Source: Lama glama | Taxonomy: Eukaryota | Direction of reading: 5' to 3' | Assembly: GCA_028534125.1 (NCBI GenBank) | Contig: CM052840.1 | Span: 7,564,001 to 7,628,000 of the forward strand | Length of the DNA: 64,000 nt | Part shown: in pieces, positions 1 to 12,639 of the stretch | Layout of the letters: every line of letters begins with the position of its first letter | Position numbering within the stretch: the stretch's first letter is position 1 | The notes under the pieces: generated by a model | What the model was told of the DNA's origin: nothing | The model's database searches: none | The model's input: only the letters and a program-made list of their open reading frames with translations | Translations under genes and position numbers: made by a program

Positions 1-166
1 GTTCTTGGGAGAGCCGACACGGTGCATCATTCGCAACTCACTTTCGTGTAACATTATGTTGGTTGCTTGAAATCCACCATGGGGAATATTCACACCACGG
101 ACATCAGCAAATGCTGCAAATTAGGGAATTTGTTTCCACCCTGGATTTCTGACTGAGTAGCACACT
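1..166 (+). mobile_element. MER63-like hAT DNA transposon fragment
   Basis: gttggttgcttgaaatccaccatggggaatattcacaccacggacatcagcaaatgctgcaaattaggg resembles the recalled MER63A core (gttggtagcttgaaatcggccatggtgggagtatttacaccacggaaatcggcaaacgctacaaatcaggg). Confidence 0.75.
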
Positions 167-739
167 TTGCCCCGGGGCCCATTTACCCCTCTGATTGAAT
201 GATAGGGTGATAGAAATAAATCTTGACCTCCAAGGAGAGTTCTCAACCTGTATCCGATCAAGATCTTACTTTTATTTGAACTAGTTCAATAAACAGTTCA
301 TTTCAAACAAACATGTACTTTGGGGCACCTACCGCTTGGTAGGTGGTGTGCCGGCACTAGGAACCCAAATATGAGTATGATTCAGGGGTGAGGAGACAAG
401 GACATGCAAATCGGTGGCAGAGTAAACTGGCGAGGGCTTTGATGGAGGTATCTGCAGGATGCCAGAGGAACACAGGAGGGGGACTGGACTGGAGGGACAA
501 TCGGGACACATTTTCCCGAGAAAGCAGCCCTTGCCCTGATTCCTGAAAGAGAATTCCAGGCAGAGGAAACCTACCAGCCAAAGTGAAGTTATGTTTGAGG
601 GCTTTCTGCTCTGTGCACTCTCATTTATAAGGCTGGAACGTTACAGGCTCTGTTCTTAACACACGAGTAATGCATTAATACATTTTCAATGTTAAAAAAA
701 GAGAACAACCCCAAATCTCTTTAAATGCTCCCAATCCCA

Positions 740-1320
740 TTTAATTCTCAGAAGAAAGTACTGGAACTGAGAGTTCCTAATTGGTTGTGTATCTCATAGA
801 CTTTTTGCTATGTTGTTATATGTGTGTGTAGTTACAGAATACTTTTAACATTTGTACACATGGTAATAGGCTGTATGCATTGATTTGCAAATTCTTTTTT
901 TTTTCCACCTGAAAATATGTCTTGGAGTTCTTTTGATGCCACTGAATATAGATTTAGCTCATTCTTCTTAAGTGGTGTGTAGTATTTCAGACCCTAGATG
1001 TATATTCTAGGCCATCTTGTTACTGATGGGACTTTAGATTGTTCTCAATTTTTTGTGATTACAAACAATTCCAGAATGAAGATCCCTGTCTAGACTTCTT
1101 TGGGCATGTATATGAGTGCTTTTCTACACAAAAATTATAATTATTGGGTCATAAGTTATAAATATTTAATATTCTAATAGGTGAATTATCTTTTTCAATG
1201 ACTTAGCAATTTAGTCTCCCACTAGTTAATTTTCCACCACCTCTTGACTTGATAAAGGCTATTATCACGTGTTAACTTTTGCTACCTTGATGGGTATAAA
1301 AATGAAATCTCACTGTTTTT
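740..1320 (-). mobile_element. Old LINE-1 (L1ME-type) 3' end
   Basis: Typical antisense L1M 3' motifs, e.g. tactgatgggactttagattgttctcaattttttgtgattacaaacaatt; boundaries approximate. Confidence 0.7.
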
Positions 1321-4078
1321 TTAATTTTAAAAAATAATGTTATTTTTGAAGATAGAGATTTTTGCCCTGTAAAATTCTAGGTTTTAAATTATCTGACTGT
1401 GAAATTGGCTTTTTTTTTCTTTTGGTATACAGTTCTATGAATTTTAACCCATGCAGAATTAAGATACCTTCTTCTCTTTCTTAACACCCACCAATCACTG
1501 ATGAAATTCTCTATCACTATAATGTTGTCTTTTTGAGAATGTCGCATGAATGGAATTATATAGTTTGTACCTTTTTAAAGTTGGCCTCTTTTACTCAGCA
1601 GAATGCTTTTGGGATTCATGAGAGTGTTACATAATAATAATTTGTTCCTTATTATTGCTAAGTAGTATCCCACTGTATGGATGTTCCAGGCTTGTTTATC
1701 CATTCACTGACTGAAAGACACTTGGGGTGTTTCTGGTTTTTGGCAAGTAGGAATACAGATACCCTAAACATTCGTCACCAGGTTCTCATCTCACTATATA
1801 TTTCCATTTCTCTAGCGTAAATACCCAGGAATGGAATTTCTGGGTCAAATGATAAGTGTCTGTTTAACTATAAGAAAGTGTCAAACTATTTTCCAGAGTA
1901 TCTGTGCCATTTTGCATTCCCACCAGCAGTGGATGGGAGTTTCAGTTGCTCTGCATCCTCACCAGCCTGCTCTTGGTCACGCCAGTATTTTTTAGCGTAG
2001 CCATTCTAATGCATATGTAGTAGTATCTCATGGTGGTTTAAGCTTGCATTTCCCTAATAGCCAATGATGTTGAGCACATTTTATTTGCCATCTTTATGTC
2101 CTTTTTGGTGATGTTTCCAGATCTTTGGCTCACTAGTTAATTGGGTTGCTTTTTTATTGTTGAGTTTTGAGAATTTGTTATAGATTATGGATTTAAGTCC
2201 TCTGTTGGAATTCTGATTTGCAAATATTTTCTCCGAGTTTTATAGTTTGTTTTTTCATTCTGGGAGAAAAAGTTCTTAATTTTGAAGGACTCTAATGTAT
2301 AAATTTTTCTTTCCATGATTATGCTTTTGGTGTCATGTTTAAGAACTCTGAATAATCCAGGTCATGATGATGTTTTCCTCTAAAAGTCTTACATTTTACA
2401 TTTAGATCTATTATCAGTTTTCAGTTAATTTTTGTATAAGATTTGATGTACAGAGCAGCATTTACTATTTTGCATATGGATGACCAATTGTTTCAAAACC
2501 ATTGGCTGAAAAGATCCTCCTTTCTTCACTGAATTGCTTTTGCACCTATGTTAAAAATTAAATGGACATATTTTTATGTGTCTATTTTTGGACTCTATTA
2601 TGTTCTGTTGGTCTCTTCCTTTATCCCTTCACCAATACCATACTCTTTTGAATACTGTAACTTTATAGTAAGTTTTAACATCACATAGTTAGATTCTTCC
2701 AACTTTATTCTTTTCAAAGTTGCTTTGGACATTTTGAGTCCTTTGCATTCCTATACAAATTTTAGAATTTTCTTGTCCATACCTGTGAAAAGGCCTATTG
2801 AGATTTTGAATGGTACTAAATTAAATCTATACATAGATTTAGGTAGAACTGATATCTTTGTTATGCTGAATTCTCCATTCCATGAACGTGATATGTGTTT
2901 CCATTTATTTAGGTCCTCTTTGATTTCTTTGTTCATCATTTCATAGTGATTCTGTACATATTTCTGTATAATAGATTCTGTACATGTTTTGTAGGCTTTA
3001 GACCCTTGTAAGTATTTCATTTTTTTAAAGCTATTGTGAATGATATGGTTTACTTCATTTCAGTTTCCAAATGTACATTGCTAGTATATAGACATACAAT
3101 AGATTTTTTTGTGTTGACATTGTATCCAGCCACCTTAGTAGTCACTTCATCCTAGAAGTTTTTTGGTAGAGCTCTGGGATTTTCTATATAGATGATAATG
3201 TCATGTGTGAATAGGGACAGTTTTAGATCAACCTTTTACATCTATATGCATGTTATTTCTTTTTCTTGCGTATTGCACTGGCTGAGACGTCCAGTATTAT
3301 GCCGAAGGAGCGTATTGAGAGTGGATACTCTAGCCCTCTTTCTGATCTAGGGAGAGTGTATCTTGGGGGAAATCTTCTGCTATTAAGTATAATATTACTG
3401 TAGGGTGGTTTTTGTTTTATAGATGCCCCTTGTCATGTTGAAGAAGTTCTCTTCTCTTCCTAATTTGCTGAGAGTATTTGTCATAAATGGATGCTATATT
3501 TTGTCAAATTCTTCTCTGCATATAGATCTCTGATAAGATCACATAGTTTTCTTTTAAATGGTTAATATGGTAAATTATATTATAGATTTTTGAATATTAA
3601 ATCAGACTTGTGTTCCTGAGGTAAATCCCAGTTAATTGTGGTGAATTGTTCTTTTCATATTCTGCTATATTTTATTTGTTACTATTTTGTTGAGGATTTT
3701 TTTTTCCATCTATGTTCATGAGGAATATTGGTCTATAATTTTCTCTCTTTTTTTTTTTTTGTACTGTCTTTTTGTGGTTTGGTGCAGTATAATGTTGGCC
3801 TTAAAAATGAATTGGAAAGTGTTTCCCTTCTGTTTTCTAGAAGAAACCTGTGTAGAACTGGTGTTCCTTCTTTAAATTTTTGGTAGAATTTTACGGTGAA
3901 TCCTATCTGAGCCTGGAGATTCTCTTTTGGGGAGATTTTAACTAAAAATTCATTTTCTTTAGAGGTTGTAGGGTTATTCAAGTTATCTACTGCATATAGA
4001 GTGAGCTTTAGTAGTTTGTGGTTTATAAGGAATTGGTCCATTTCATCTAAAGTATCAGGTCATTGTGCAGAGTTGCTT

Positions 4079-4102
4079 GTAGTAGTAGTAGTAGTAGTAG
4101 TA
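4079..4102. repeat. (GTA)8 microsatellite
   Basis: gtagtagtagtagtagtagtagta seen directly. Confidence 0.9.
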
Positions 4103-4548
4103 TTACCCTTTTAATGTCTTTGGGGTCTGCAGTGATATTGCCTTTTTTGTTCCTGATATGGGTAGTTTGTGTCATCTTTCTTCTTCTTTTTGGTCAGTCT
4201 TGCTAGAGATTTTTCAATTTTATTGATTTTTCTTTAAGAACCAGCTTTTAGTTTTAGTGATTTTTCCCTATTGTATTTCTGTCTTCCGTTTGATTGATTT
4301 CTGCACTTACTTTCATTATTTACTTTCTTCTGCTTAATTTGTGTGTATTCTACTCTTTCTTTTAGTTTCTTATGGTAGAAGCTTAGAGTATTTGATACTT
4401 TTTTTCTCTTTCCAGCATAGACATTTTAGTGCTATAAATTTCCCTCCAAGCACTGCTTTAGCCATGTCCCACAGATTGTCATATGTTGCATTTTCCTTTT
4501 CATGCAGTTCTATTGAGACTTTGACCCTCTTTGATCTATGGGTTACTT

Positions 4549-4746
4549 AAAACAATTTTTTAAAATTAACGTATAGTTGATTGAAAATATTATATTAGCT
4601 TCAGGTGTATAACATAGTGATGCAAGATTTTTAGAGATTATACTCCATTTAAAGTTGTTATAACATATTGGCTATATTCCCTGTGCTGTACTATATCTTT
4701 ATATTTTATTTATTTTATACATAGTAATTTTTACCTCTTAACACCC
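4549..4746 (-). mobile_element. 5'-truncated artiodactyl-type L1 3' end nested in the older L1
   Basis: gtatagttgatt...tcaggtgtataacatagtgat...tattccctgtgctgta, flanked by TSD atgggttactt (4538-4548) / atgggctactt (4747-4757). Confidence 0.8.
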
Positions 4747-5269
4747 ATGGGCTACTTTTAAGTGTCTTAAATTTCCCAGTGTTTGGAGATATTCCTGTTA
4801 AATTCTATTTATTGATCACTAGTATAATTCCATTGTGGTCAGAAAATATACTTTGTATGATTTCAATTATTCTAAATTTGTTAATGTTTTACTTTTTGAC
4901 CCTAGATACAGTCTTTGGTGAATAATCCATGTTCACTTGGAAGACGTGTATTCTGCTGTTTCTGGTTAATGACTAGATCTAGCTGGTGGATGATGTCAGT
5001 CAATTCTTTTGTTTTCTTGCTAATTTTCTGTCTACTAGTTCTATTACTAAAGAGGAGTATTCAAATCTGCAACTAAAATTGTGTGTTTGTCTACTTATTC
5101 CTTTATTTCTGTCAGTTTTTGCTTCATGTATTTTGAAGCTCTGCTGTTAGGTATACACACATTTGGGACTGTTATGCCTTTTTGGTAAATTGATACTTTA
5201 AGTAATATGCATTATTTCTTTGGGAACTTTCTTTGCCCTGAAGCCTACTTTGATGTTAATATAACTAGT

Positions 5270-5616
5270 TGTGGTAGGCAAACTCTAAAATGACCCCCAA
5301 TAATCTTCACCTTCTGGTATTCATTCCCTTTTGTGATTCCCTCCTCTTGAGGGTAGGTGGACCCTAGTTACTTGCTCCCAACCAATAGGAGACAGCAAAA
5401 GTGATGGGATGTTATATCCATGGTTAGGTTATGAAAGATTGTGATTTTTGTCTTGCTAGCAGACTCTCTCTCTCTTTCTCTTTCTGGTTTGATGAAGCAA
5501 GTTACTATGGTGGAGAGACCTCCATTACAAACAGCTGAAGTGTTCTCGAACCAACAGTCAGTAAGAATTGAGGCCATCGGTCCAGCAGCCATCAAAGATT
5601 TGTATCCTGACAACAC
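5270..5616 (+). mobile_element. MaLR LTR, MLT1F-like (partial)
   Basis: Starts tgtggtaggcaaactctaaaatgaccccc...ccttctggtattcattccc; contains tttgatgaagcaag, typical of MLT1E/F. Confidence 0.75.
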
Positions 5617-5658
5617 TGTATTTATTAGTCAGGATTCTTCAGAAAAACAGAACCAATA

Positions 5659-5704
<46 letters not shown>

Positions 5705-5720
5705 GAACTGGCTCATGCGA
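5617..5720. mobile_element. MLT2 (ERVL LTR) terminal fragment containing an (AT)19 tract
   Basis: tattagtcaggattcttcagaaaaacagaaccaatagga(TA)n...aggaactggctcatgcgat resembles the MLT2 terminus; AT repeat at 5661-5699. Confidence 0.75.
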
Positions 5721-6960
5721 TGTGAATATAATTTGTCTGAGTGTGGATTTCTTTAGGTTCATCTTGCTTGGGGTACATTCAACTTCTTGAACATTAAGAT
5801 TTTTGTCTTTTGCCAAACTTGAGATGTGTCCAGCCATTATTTCTTCAAATACTTTCTTAGAACTTCTCTCTTTCTTTTTCCCGTCTAGAATTCTGATCAC
5901 ACAAATATGAAACGTTTTGTTGCTGTCCCACAGGTCCCTGAGGCTCTCTTTTCCCCTGATCGTTTTTCTTTCTGTTGTTTACATTGGAATATTTCTAGTT
6001 ATCTGTCTTCAAGTTCACAGACTCTTCTGTCATCACCAATCTGCTAATAAGTCCATTTAGTTAGTTTTAAAATTTTAGTTACATTATTTTTCAGTGCCAA
6101 AATTTACATTTAGTTCTTCTTTTTATCTTCTATCTTGGATAATTTTTTTTTTCTGAACATTTGTTGCAAGAGTTTGTATTGCTCTTTGAAGCATTTTTAT
6201 AACTGCTTTAAGGTCTTTGTCAGGTAATTATAATATCTGTGTCATCTTCTTGTTGGTGTCTATTGATTGTCTTTTCCCACATGAGTCAAGAACTTCATGA
6301 TTCTTGATATATAAGTTCGAGTTGTATTTTGAACATCAGGTTATGAGACTCTGGATCTTGCTTGGATATTGGATATTTTTAGATTTGGATTGTGTATTGG
6401 ATCCATCTCATATGGACATTGTTGATGTCTTTGTTTTTGTTTTGTGTTAATTGTTGATTAGATCTCGACCTTCTGAGGTTGTGGTTACAATGCAAAGTTG
6501 CATCTTTGCAATGCTGTCCAGATCTGTCCCATGAGTGCACCACCAAGTGGTCATTTCTGGGACCCAAGTGGAAGTCTATTTGTTAGCTCAGTTCTCAAAG
6601 TCTTTAATATGCTTATTAGGATTACATCCAAGCATGTGGGGTTGGGGTGAGCCCAGAAGCTCATCGGATTACTGTCCTGAGCTCTTTCCTCTCTGTGATC
6701 TCAATACTTCTCAGTTCTCTAGGGATCACCTTTTTGGTCTTCCATGCCGTTGTGGTGTATCTGTGGTCAAGTGGTAGGAAGACAGAATGAAAGCAGAAAA
6801 AAAATGTTCATGGAATCCCTGCTCCACTGAATGGTGAGAAAATTTCTCCTCCCTTAGAGTCTTGGTTCTTACCAGCTACCACTGCTACTCTTATTATTAC
6901 CATCCACTGCAATAATATATTGCCTAGCGGTGCAGAAGATGAAGAAAAAACAAGAGAAGA
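5721..6960 (-). mobile_element. LINE-1 ORF1 remnant and 5' region
   Basis: Minus ORF 5625-5900 contains KVFEEIMAGHISSLAKDKNLNVQEVECTPSKMNLKKSTLRQII, matching L1 ORF1p (IFEEIMAENFPNLAKDINLQIQEAQRTPNRINPKKSTPRHII). Confidence 0.85.
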
Positions 6961-6999
6961 AGCTGAAGAATTTCATAGCTAATAGGTCGAGGGCTACCT

Positions 7000-8590
7000 T
7001 GACATTTTTTCTTTCTCAAAATTGTCCTTACTGTTCTTGGAAGTTCTTGGCATTTATATTCTTTCATATGAATTTTAGAGCCAACAAATCTTTGGGATAT
7101 TGATTAGAATCACACTAAGTTTATAGATTAATTTGGAGAAAATTGTCATGTATACAATTTGAGTCTTCTCATCCAAGAGCATGGTATATACTTTCATTTA
7201 GTCAAGTTTCCTTTTATGTCCTTCAGGGAAGCTTTATAGTTTTTTAAGTAAAGGTTTTGCATACATTTTATGAAGTATATTCTGAGCTATTTTTTAGTTG
7301 TGTTGAAATTTTGAAACATATTGTTTTTACTTTATTTTATGCTTGGTTATTGTAGATATATGGGCATGTTGTTAATTTTTTATGCTTATCTTATACTCAG
7401 GGTTTTACTAAATGTACTTACTAGTTCCAGTTGTCTTTCAATTAAATCTTTTAGCTTTTTTGGTACATGATCATGTTTTCCATAAATAATGACTGTTTTT
7501 ATTTTTTTATTTCCTCTCTTTCTATTTCTTTCTGTCTTATTTTTTTGTTGTGTTGACTAGGAATACCAGCATAGCGTTAAATTTAGAGAGAAAAGACCTC
7601 TGTGTTATTCCAATTTTATTGGAAATTCTCCTAAATGTCACCATTACGTATAATACTTGCTATAGATTTCTAATAGATTGCATTCATCAAGTTCAGGAAG
7701 GTATTTTGTATCTATGTTGGCTAATTTTTTTAAAATTACAAATGGGTATTGGAATTTATCAAATGATTGTTCAGAATCTATTCAGATGGCTGTAAGTTTT
7801 AATCCTATTAATTATTTTCTAATGTGGAACCATCCTTGTTCTCCTAGGATAAACCCTATTTTGTCATAACAAATTTCTTTTTGTGCACACAAATATTCAA
7901 TTTTTTAATGAGTTATTTGGAAGTTTTGCATGTATACTTATAAATGAGATCGGCTTATACATTTTTTCTTGTAGTGTTTTTAATCTAGTATTGACATCAG
8001 AGTTTAGCTTACCACAGGAAATAAATATTCTCAGTTTGTTATATCTCCATCTAGAGATGCTTTAAGCATATACAAGCAAACACATGTATTACTTCATTTT
8101 CCTGTGTTTTTATAAACAAATGTTTATACATACATATATGTATGTATATATATATATTTGTATGTAGCCCCTTTGTTTTTACTTAGACGTTTGTTAGATC
8201 ATTTCACATCAGTAGAAAAAGAACTTTATCGTTTTTAAATGGCCTTGTGATATTCCATTGTGTGAATGAGCTTAATTTATTTACTCTGTCCTCTACTGGG
8301 AGACTATCAGAAGCATTTCTATAATGCATAAGTGCTTGTATATAACATCATGCACACAGGTGAGGATTATCTATATGATAAACTCCTAGAAGTGGAATTG
8401 TTGGGTCAAAGGGCACATGTGCTTGTGATTTGGATAGATTTTGCTAAGTTGCTCTTTATAAAAATTATCCAAATTTATGCTCCCACAAGAATTTTTTGGT
8501 CTCTTTTCTACTATTTCCAAACGTTTTGATATTTGGCAACCTGATGGGTGAAAAACAGGTACTTCAGTATAATTTGAATTTGTATTGTGA
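7000..8590 (-). mobile_element. Old L1ME fragments (ORF2 about 7000-8030; 3' end about 8030-8590)
   Basis: tttatagattaatttggagaaaattgtcat...tcttctcatccaagagcatggtata (ORF2); ataaactcctagaagtggaattgttgggtcaaagggcacatg (3' end). Confidence 0.75.
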
Positions 8591-8594
8591 CTAG

Positions 8595-8790
8595 TTAAAA
8601 TTCTACATTTTTCCAGTGTCCCTTATAGACAGGGGTGACAATGTGATATGTTTCTACCAATGAGATGTAAAGAAAGCCATTGGGTATAGCTCCCAAGAAA
8701 GCAATTTAAGAGGAAGTTGGGTGTAGACTTAGCCTAGTCACTGCCTTTTGTCTCTTCCCTTCTCCTGTCTGGAATGAAGTAAGTACCGTG
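8595..8790 (+). mobile_element. ERVL-class LTR fragment (LTR16/LTR33-like)
   Basis: ctacatttttccagtgtcccttatagacaggggtgacaatgtgatatgtttctaccaatgagatgtaa resembles LTR16/33 motifs. Confidence 0.5.
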
Positions 8791-10758
8791 CTAAGGCAAT
8801 GAGCACTCACTAAATGTGACTGAGCAGAAAGAGAAATGGACTGTTGGCTGGGGCAGGGAGGACGTTTTAAACACATGCGATCCCCCAGATACCAAATAAG
8901 TGCCTGGATCACAGAAGGTTAGAGCAGGAATTAACCCTACAGGTCAGCTCATCCAGGGCCTCCCTGTCACAGATGGGGGCACTGAGATTAGGAAAAGTGA
9001 GGTGACTGGATTGTGCTGTCACCGAAACAGCCAACACTCACTGCCCCGTCCCAAGCCCTGAGCAGAGTGGTGGTTTTTAGAAAAGGCTCATGAAACTGGA
9101 TATATGGAGGACCAGAGAAAGAGAAGAGTGTCAGTGAAAACAATGATGAAACTTTTCAGAGGAAAACAGTCCAACCTACACTTGTCAGATGATGAACTCA
9201 ACAAATGAAGTCCGTCTCATAAAGCAAGAAGACCAGAGCAGCCCAGGAAAATCTATCCTTCACTTTCTGCTATAGAATCAAATCCTGTAGCTTCCATGTC
9301 ACGAGCGCTACCCAGACTCCTAGCTGGTCTCTGTTCCACAGTCTACACCTGTCATTCTCTATCCTTCATCGCCCAGCTGCGAGGCCACTTCAGGTCCCTT
9401 AGCCCTCTCTCTGTCCTGAGTCTGTCTCGACTACGGGGGGAAAAGATCTGCGTCTACCCAAACCCAAATCCGACATTTAGCAGCAGGCATGAATTTGGGA
9501 GGTCAGTTGCTAAGAACATTTTTTTTTTCCTTTCATTTTGATTTTGTTTTCGAGATACTAATCTTACTCCAAGTGCTGTGAATGCCAAGGCATATTTTCG
9601 GGCAAAGCAGAGGGTGACTAAGGTGAGCAAATGCCATACAGGTGAAATACCAATTGGTAAGTATGTCATAAAACTATTCTGACACAGAGATAATGACAGT
9701 GGATAACTTTTAGGGCCACTGTGAGAAATAAATGAGACAGTGCAGATAAAGATGCGTGGACCAAATGGAGGATCTTCAAAATGTATCCACTATTACTGCC
9801 CTTGGCTCTCGCCCCTGGGGTTGTAGCCCTGCCTCTGTGTCATCCTCTTGCTCTGGGTAAGGCCTGTCGCGCGCCTGGGTTCTGTATTTGTTCTGTGGTG
9901 GAGATGAAGTTAGAGGCAGAGGGAGGGGCAGGGAGTTCTGGGTTCACGGTAACAGCTCCGTTTTCTTAAAGGCTTGGGTGCAAAGCCTCTGATACAATTT
10001 GTTAGCCCACCCAACCCTGCAAATCGGAAATTAGGTTTATATTTGATCAGTTTGGCTGGGCCACTGAAGCTTCATGTGTCAACAGCAGCACAGACTTATC
10101 GCCATAAAGCTCTCGGAGGCCCATACTGCTGCTCCAGCTTCTGGGTCACACAGCCCACGGTCTTGAGCTTGAAAGAAATGAGCCCACACTTTGGGACATC
10201 GTTTCTGGGTCTGAGACTGTCATAGACAACTCTGTGAATCTTTGGAAACAGTGGCACCAATAACTTGAGACAGAAACAAACACAGCAGCCTCTGAAGCTG
10301 GAGTTTCCAAAAATCGCTTTGTTTTTCCTACGTTTGCTTTTAGTATTTGTAAAGTATCTCTCTAACGTGGAAAATTTTGAATATTTTAAGGCAACCCTAT
10401 CCCAGGATTTCTGATAAATGCTCAAAAAGGGCAGCATCCTGCAGGGATGTCAATACCTTGATTAGTTCGGGCGGGTCTATTTCGGTTGTGAGAAGCTGGA
10501 CACCGGGGCTACTTAGGTAAGTTGTGACAAAAAGAAATAAATTCTCTAACAATCAGAGTGAGAGCCACTGGGAATTTTCTGCCTGGGCTTAGGGGTTGGA
10601 CTTTGGAAGAGAAGGTGGAATAAACAAATGGTCTAGAGACAAGGGTGCGGCCTGTGGAAGATGGTAGAAAGCTGAAACTTGGAGACCACAGGTAATGAGA
10701 AAGGCCCATGGGGAGCAATGGCTAGCAACTTTTTCACACAGTGATTCCTAGCATTGAA

Positions 10759-11065
10759 TTTTTTTATTTCAAAAAATTAAAAAATTTTTTGAAATAAAAA
10801 AATGTTTTATTCAAGTATTGTTGATTTACAATGTTATCTTCCAGTATACAGCATAGTGATTCAGTTATACATATATATTCTTTTTCATATTATTTTCCAT
10901 GATAGGTTGTTATAAGATATTGAACATAGTTCCCTGTGCTTATATAGTAGGACCTTGTTGTTTATCTATTTTATCTGGAGTAGTTTGTATCTGCTAATCC
11001 CAAACTCCTAATTTATCCCTCCTCCCCACTCCCTTCCCTTTCAGTAACCATAAGTTTGTTTCCTA
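10759..11065 (-). mobile_element. Young artiodactyl/camelid L1 3' end, 5'-truncated
   Basis: ttgatttacaatgtt...tacagcatagtgattcagttatacatatat...tatctgctaatcccaaactcctaatttatccctcc; possible diverged TSD ctagcattgaattt / ctaacaatgaaattt. Confidence 0.88.
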
Positions 11066-11864
11066 CTAACAATGAAATTTCATTTGATTCTTATTCTGAG
11101 CTGTGCCATCAGCCCCTACCATTAGTCTGGGTGTGACACAGGTGTTGCCTTGGGGAACAGAATGAGAAGAGCTGCGCTCCATAGCGGGGACCGCGTGCCC
11201 AGACAGAACAGCAGGGGGAACCACGGTGGAGGTGAGGTGCAGAGAGCACACAGCCCTTCATCCAAGCAGAGGATGGAGCCAGAGGAAGGAAACAGAGAGC
11301 CTGCCCTCTGTGCCTCCCTGAACTGTCCTGGGAATCGTTACGGATCCAGGAGAAGGCGCTCAATTCATGGGAGAGGGACTTGGGCTCGGCCATCTACTTG
11401 TCAAGTAACGTACTCCCATTCGTAACACTTCTGAATCACAGTTTGACTCCTAGAGCCGTGGCAGTGGCTGTGCAGGTGAGCGTCCTGTGCGCTTCTGTTG
11501 TTCTCTACTTGCTTGGTCACCTCATGTTTTTAACAGTATCCACAACTTTGGGGAAAGTAGCCCTCTAGAATATATAGACTCCATCGATTTCACTTCCAAA
11601 ATTCAGTCTGACTCAGTCAAAAGAGGTTGCTTTCCCTTACTTAGGGGGTCCTGGAGATTTGTCCCCAAGCAAAGATGTGTCACGGTTAATATGACCGGAT
11701 ATCAGTGCAGGCTCACACCAAGAAGGTCCAGACAGCACCTTCCTGAGTTAGAATTTGTTTTTCACTTCTATAAATAGGGTTTTTGAGAGACAATGAATGA
11801 ACCTTTTTATTATGATGATTACGCAAATGATATGAATGAATCAGGCTACCTGTTTTCAGTGGGA

Positions 11865-12030
11865 GGGTATGCTAGACAGGGAGAGAGAGAACAAGGTTCT
11901 AGCTCTTGTTCTACCAGCTGCTGGTGACCTTGGACAATACCCCTTAACCTTGCGTAGCTGTGTCCTCTGTAAAAGGATAGAAATTGTTCTTAGTCATCTC
12001 TAAGATTCCTTCCAACTTTAATTTTCTTTG
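11865..12030 (+). mobile_element. MIR SINE
   Basis: ggttctagctctt...gtgaccttggacaa...cttaacct...ctgtaaaa...tctctaagattccttccaact. Confidence 0.65.
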
Positions 12031-12078
12031 ATTTAATAAAGTTATAACAGAAACCCAAGTTTGAATAATCTGTTAATC

Positions 12079-12639
12079 CAAAGGTGCTCAAATTTTTCTG
12101 TTCTCAGCATCTTTAGTGCCTCAGTGATGTTTTTCACAGTGCCTTGAGGCCAAAAGGAATACCCCAAGTTCCATTTATTAAATGATTAGGTCTAAACAAC
12201 TTATTAAGTACCTATGTCCTAATAATTTAGTAGCCATTTGAAAAAATAATGCATATAAGTTGAAAGAAAAGGTGATACTTTATTTCATTCCTACATAACC
12301 ACGCTTACTTATGCTTTGAGGGGTGTATATATTTCTCAATCCATGGAAGCAAACTGGACCCCAACATTCTCATTTCCTGTGGCACACTCTTTTTATTCAG
12401 TACTTGTCAATGTGTATATATCACAGCAACCACTAAAACCTAGTTTTTGCAAAGATCTGATGTCATAGAAAGGAATGTAGAACCATCTGTCTTGAAACTG
12501 TGAACAACCTCAAACTAGTAGTTTGTGCAGTGTCTGAAAGATGTTGCTGTGCTTCTCAGAAAATTAAAAATATCCTGGAGCACCTTGGGAGTCTGCTGCA
12601 TTGCCCAGGGGGCCTGGGTACACGGTTTGGGAAGCACAG
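12079..12639 (+). mobile_element. MER119 hAT-Charlie DNA transposon, near full length
   Basis: ggccaaaaggaatacc...gttccatttattaa...aaacaactta...tagtagccatttgaaaaaataat; tgaaactgtgaacaacctcaaactagtagttt; ends cacggtttgggaagcacag. Confidence 0.8.

Larger units (their letters stand above)
1330..5266 (-). mobile_element. LINE-1 (L1MC/L1MD-like): 3'UTR plus degraded ORF2
   Basis: Minus ORFs 2751-3020 (KEIKEDLNKWKHISRSWNGEFSITKISVLPKSMYRFN) and 3733-4041 (MDQFL...NLNNPTTSKE...GFTVKFYQKFKE) match L1 ORF2p motifs (EIKEDTNKWK.IPCSW; MDKFL..LNRPITSKE..GFTAEFYQ). Many stops and frameshifts. Confidence 0.92.

Noticed and set aside
2751-5900. ORFs with reverse-transcriptase-region and ORF1p similarity
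   Set aside because: Short fragments of a dead L1 with many stops and frameshifts; not a host gene or an active element.
8111-8148. 24-bp palindrome tatacatacatatatgtatgtata and an adjacent 8-bp hairpin
   Set aside because: Expected by-product of TA/CA/TG simple repeats.
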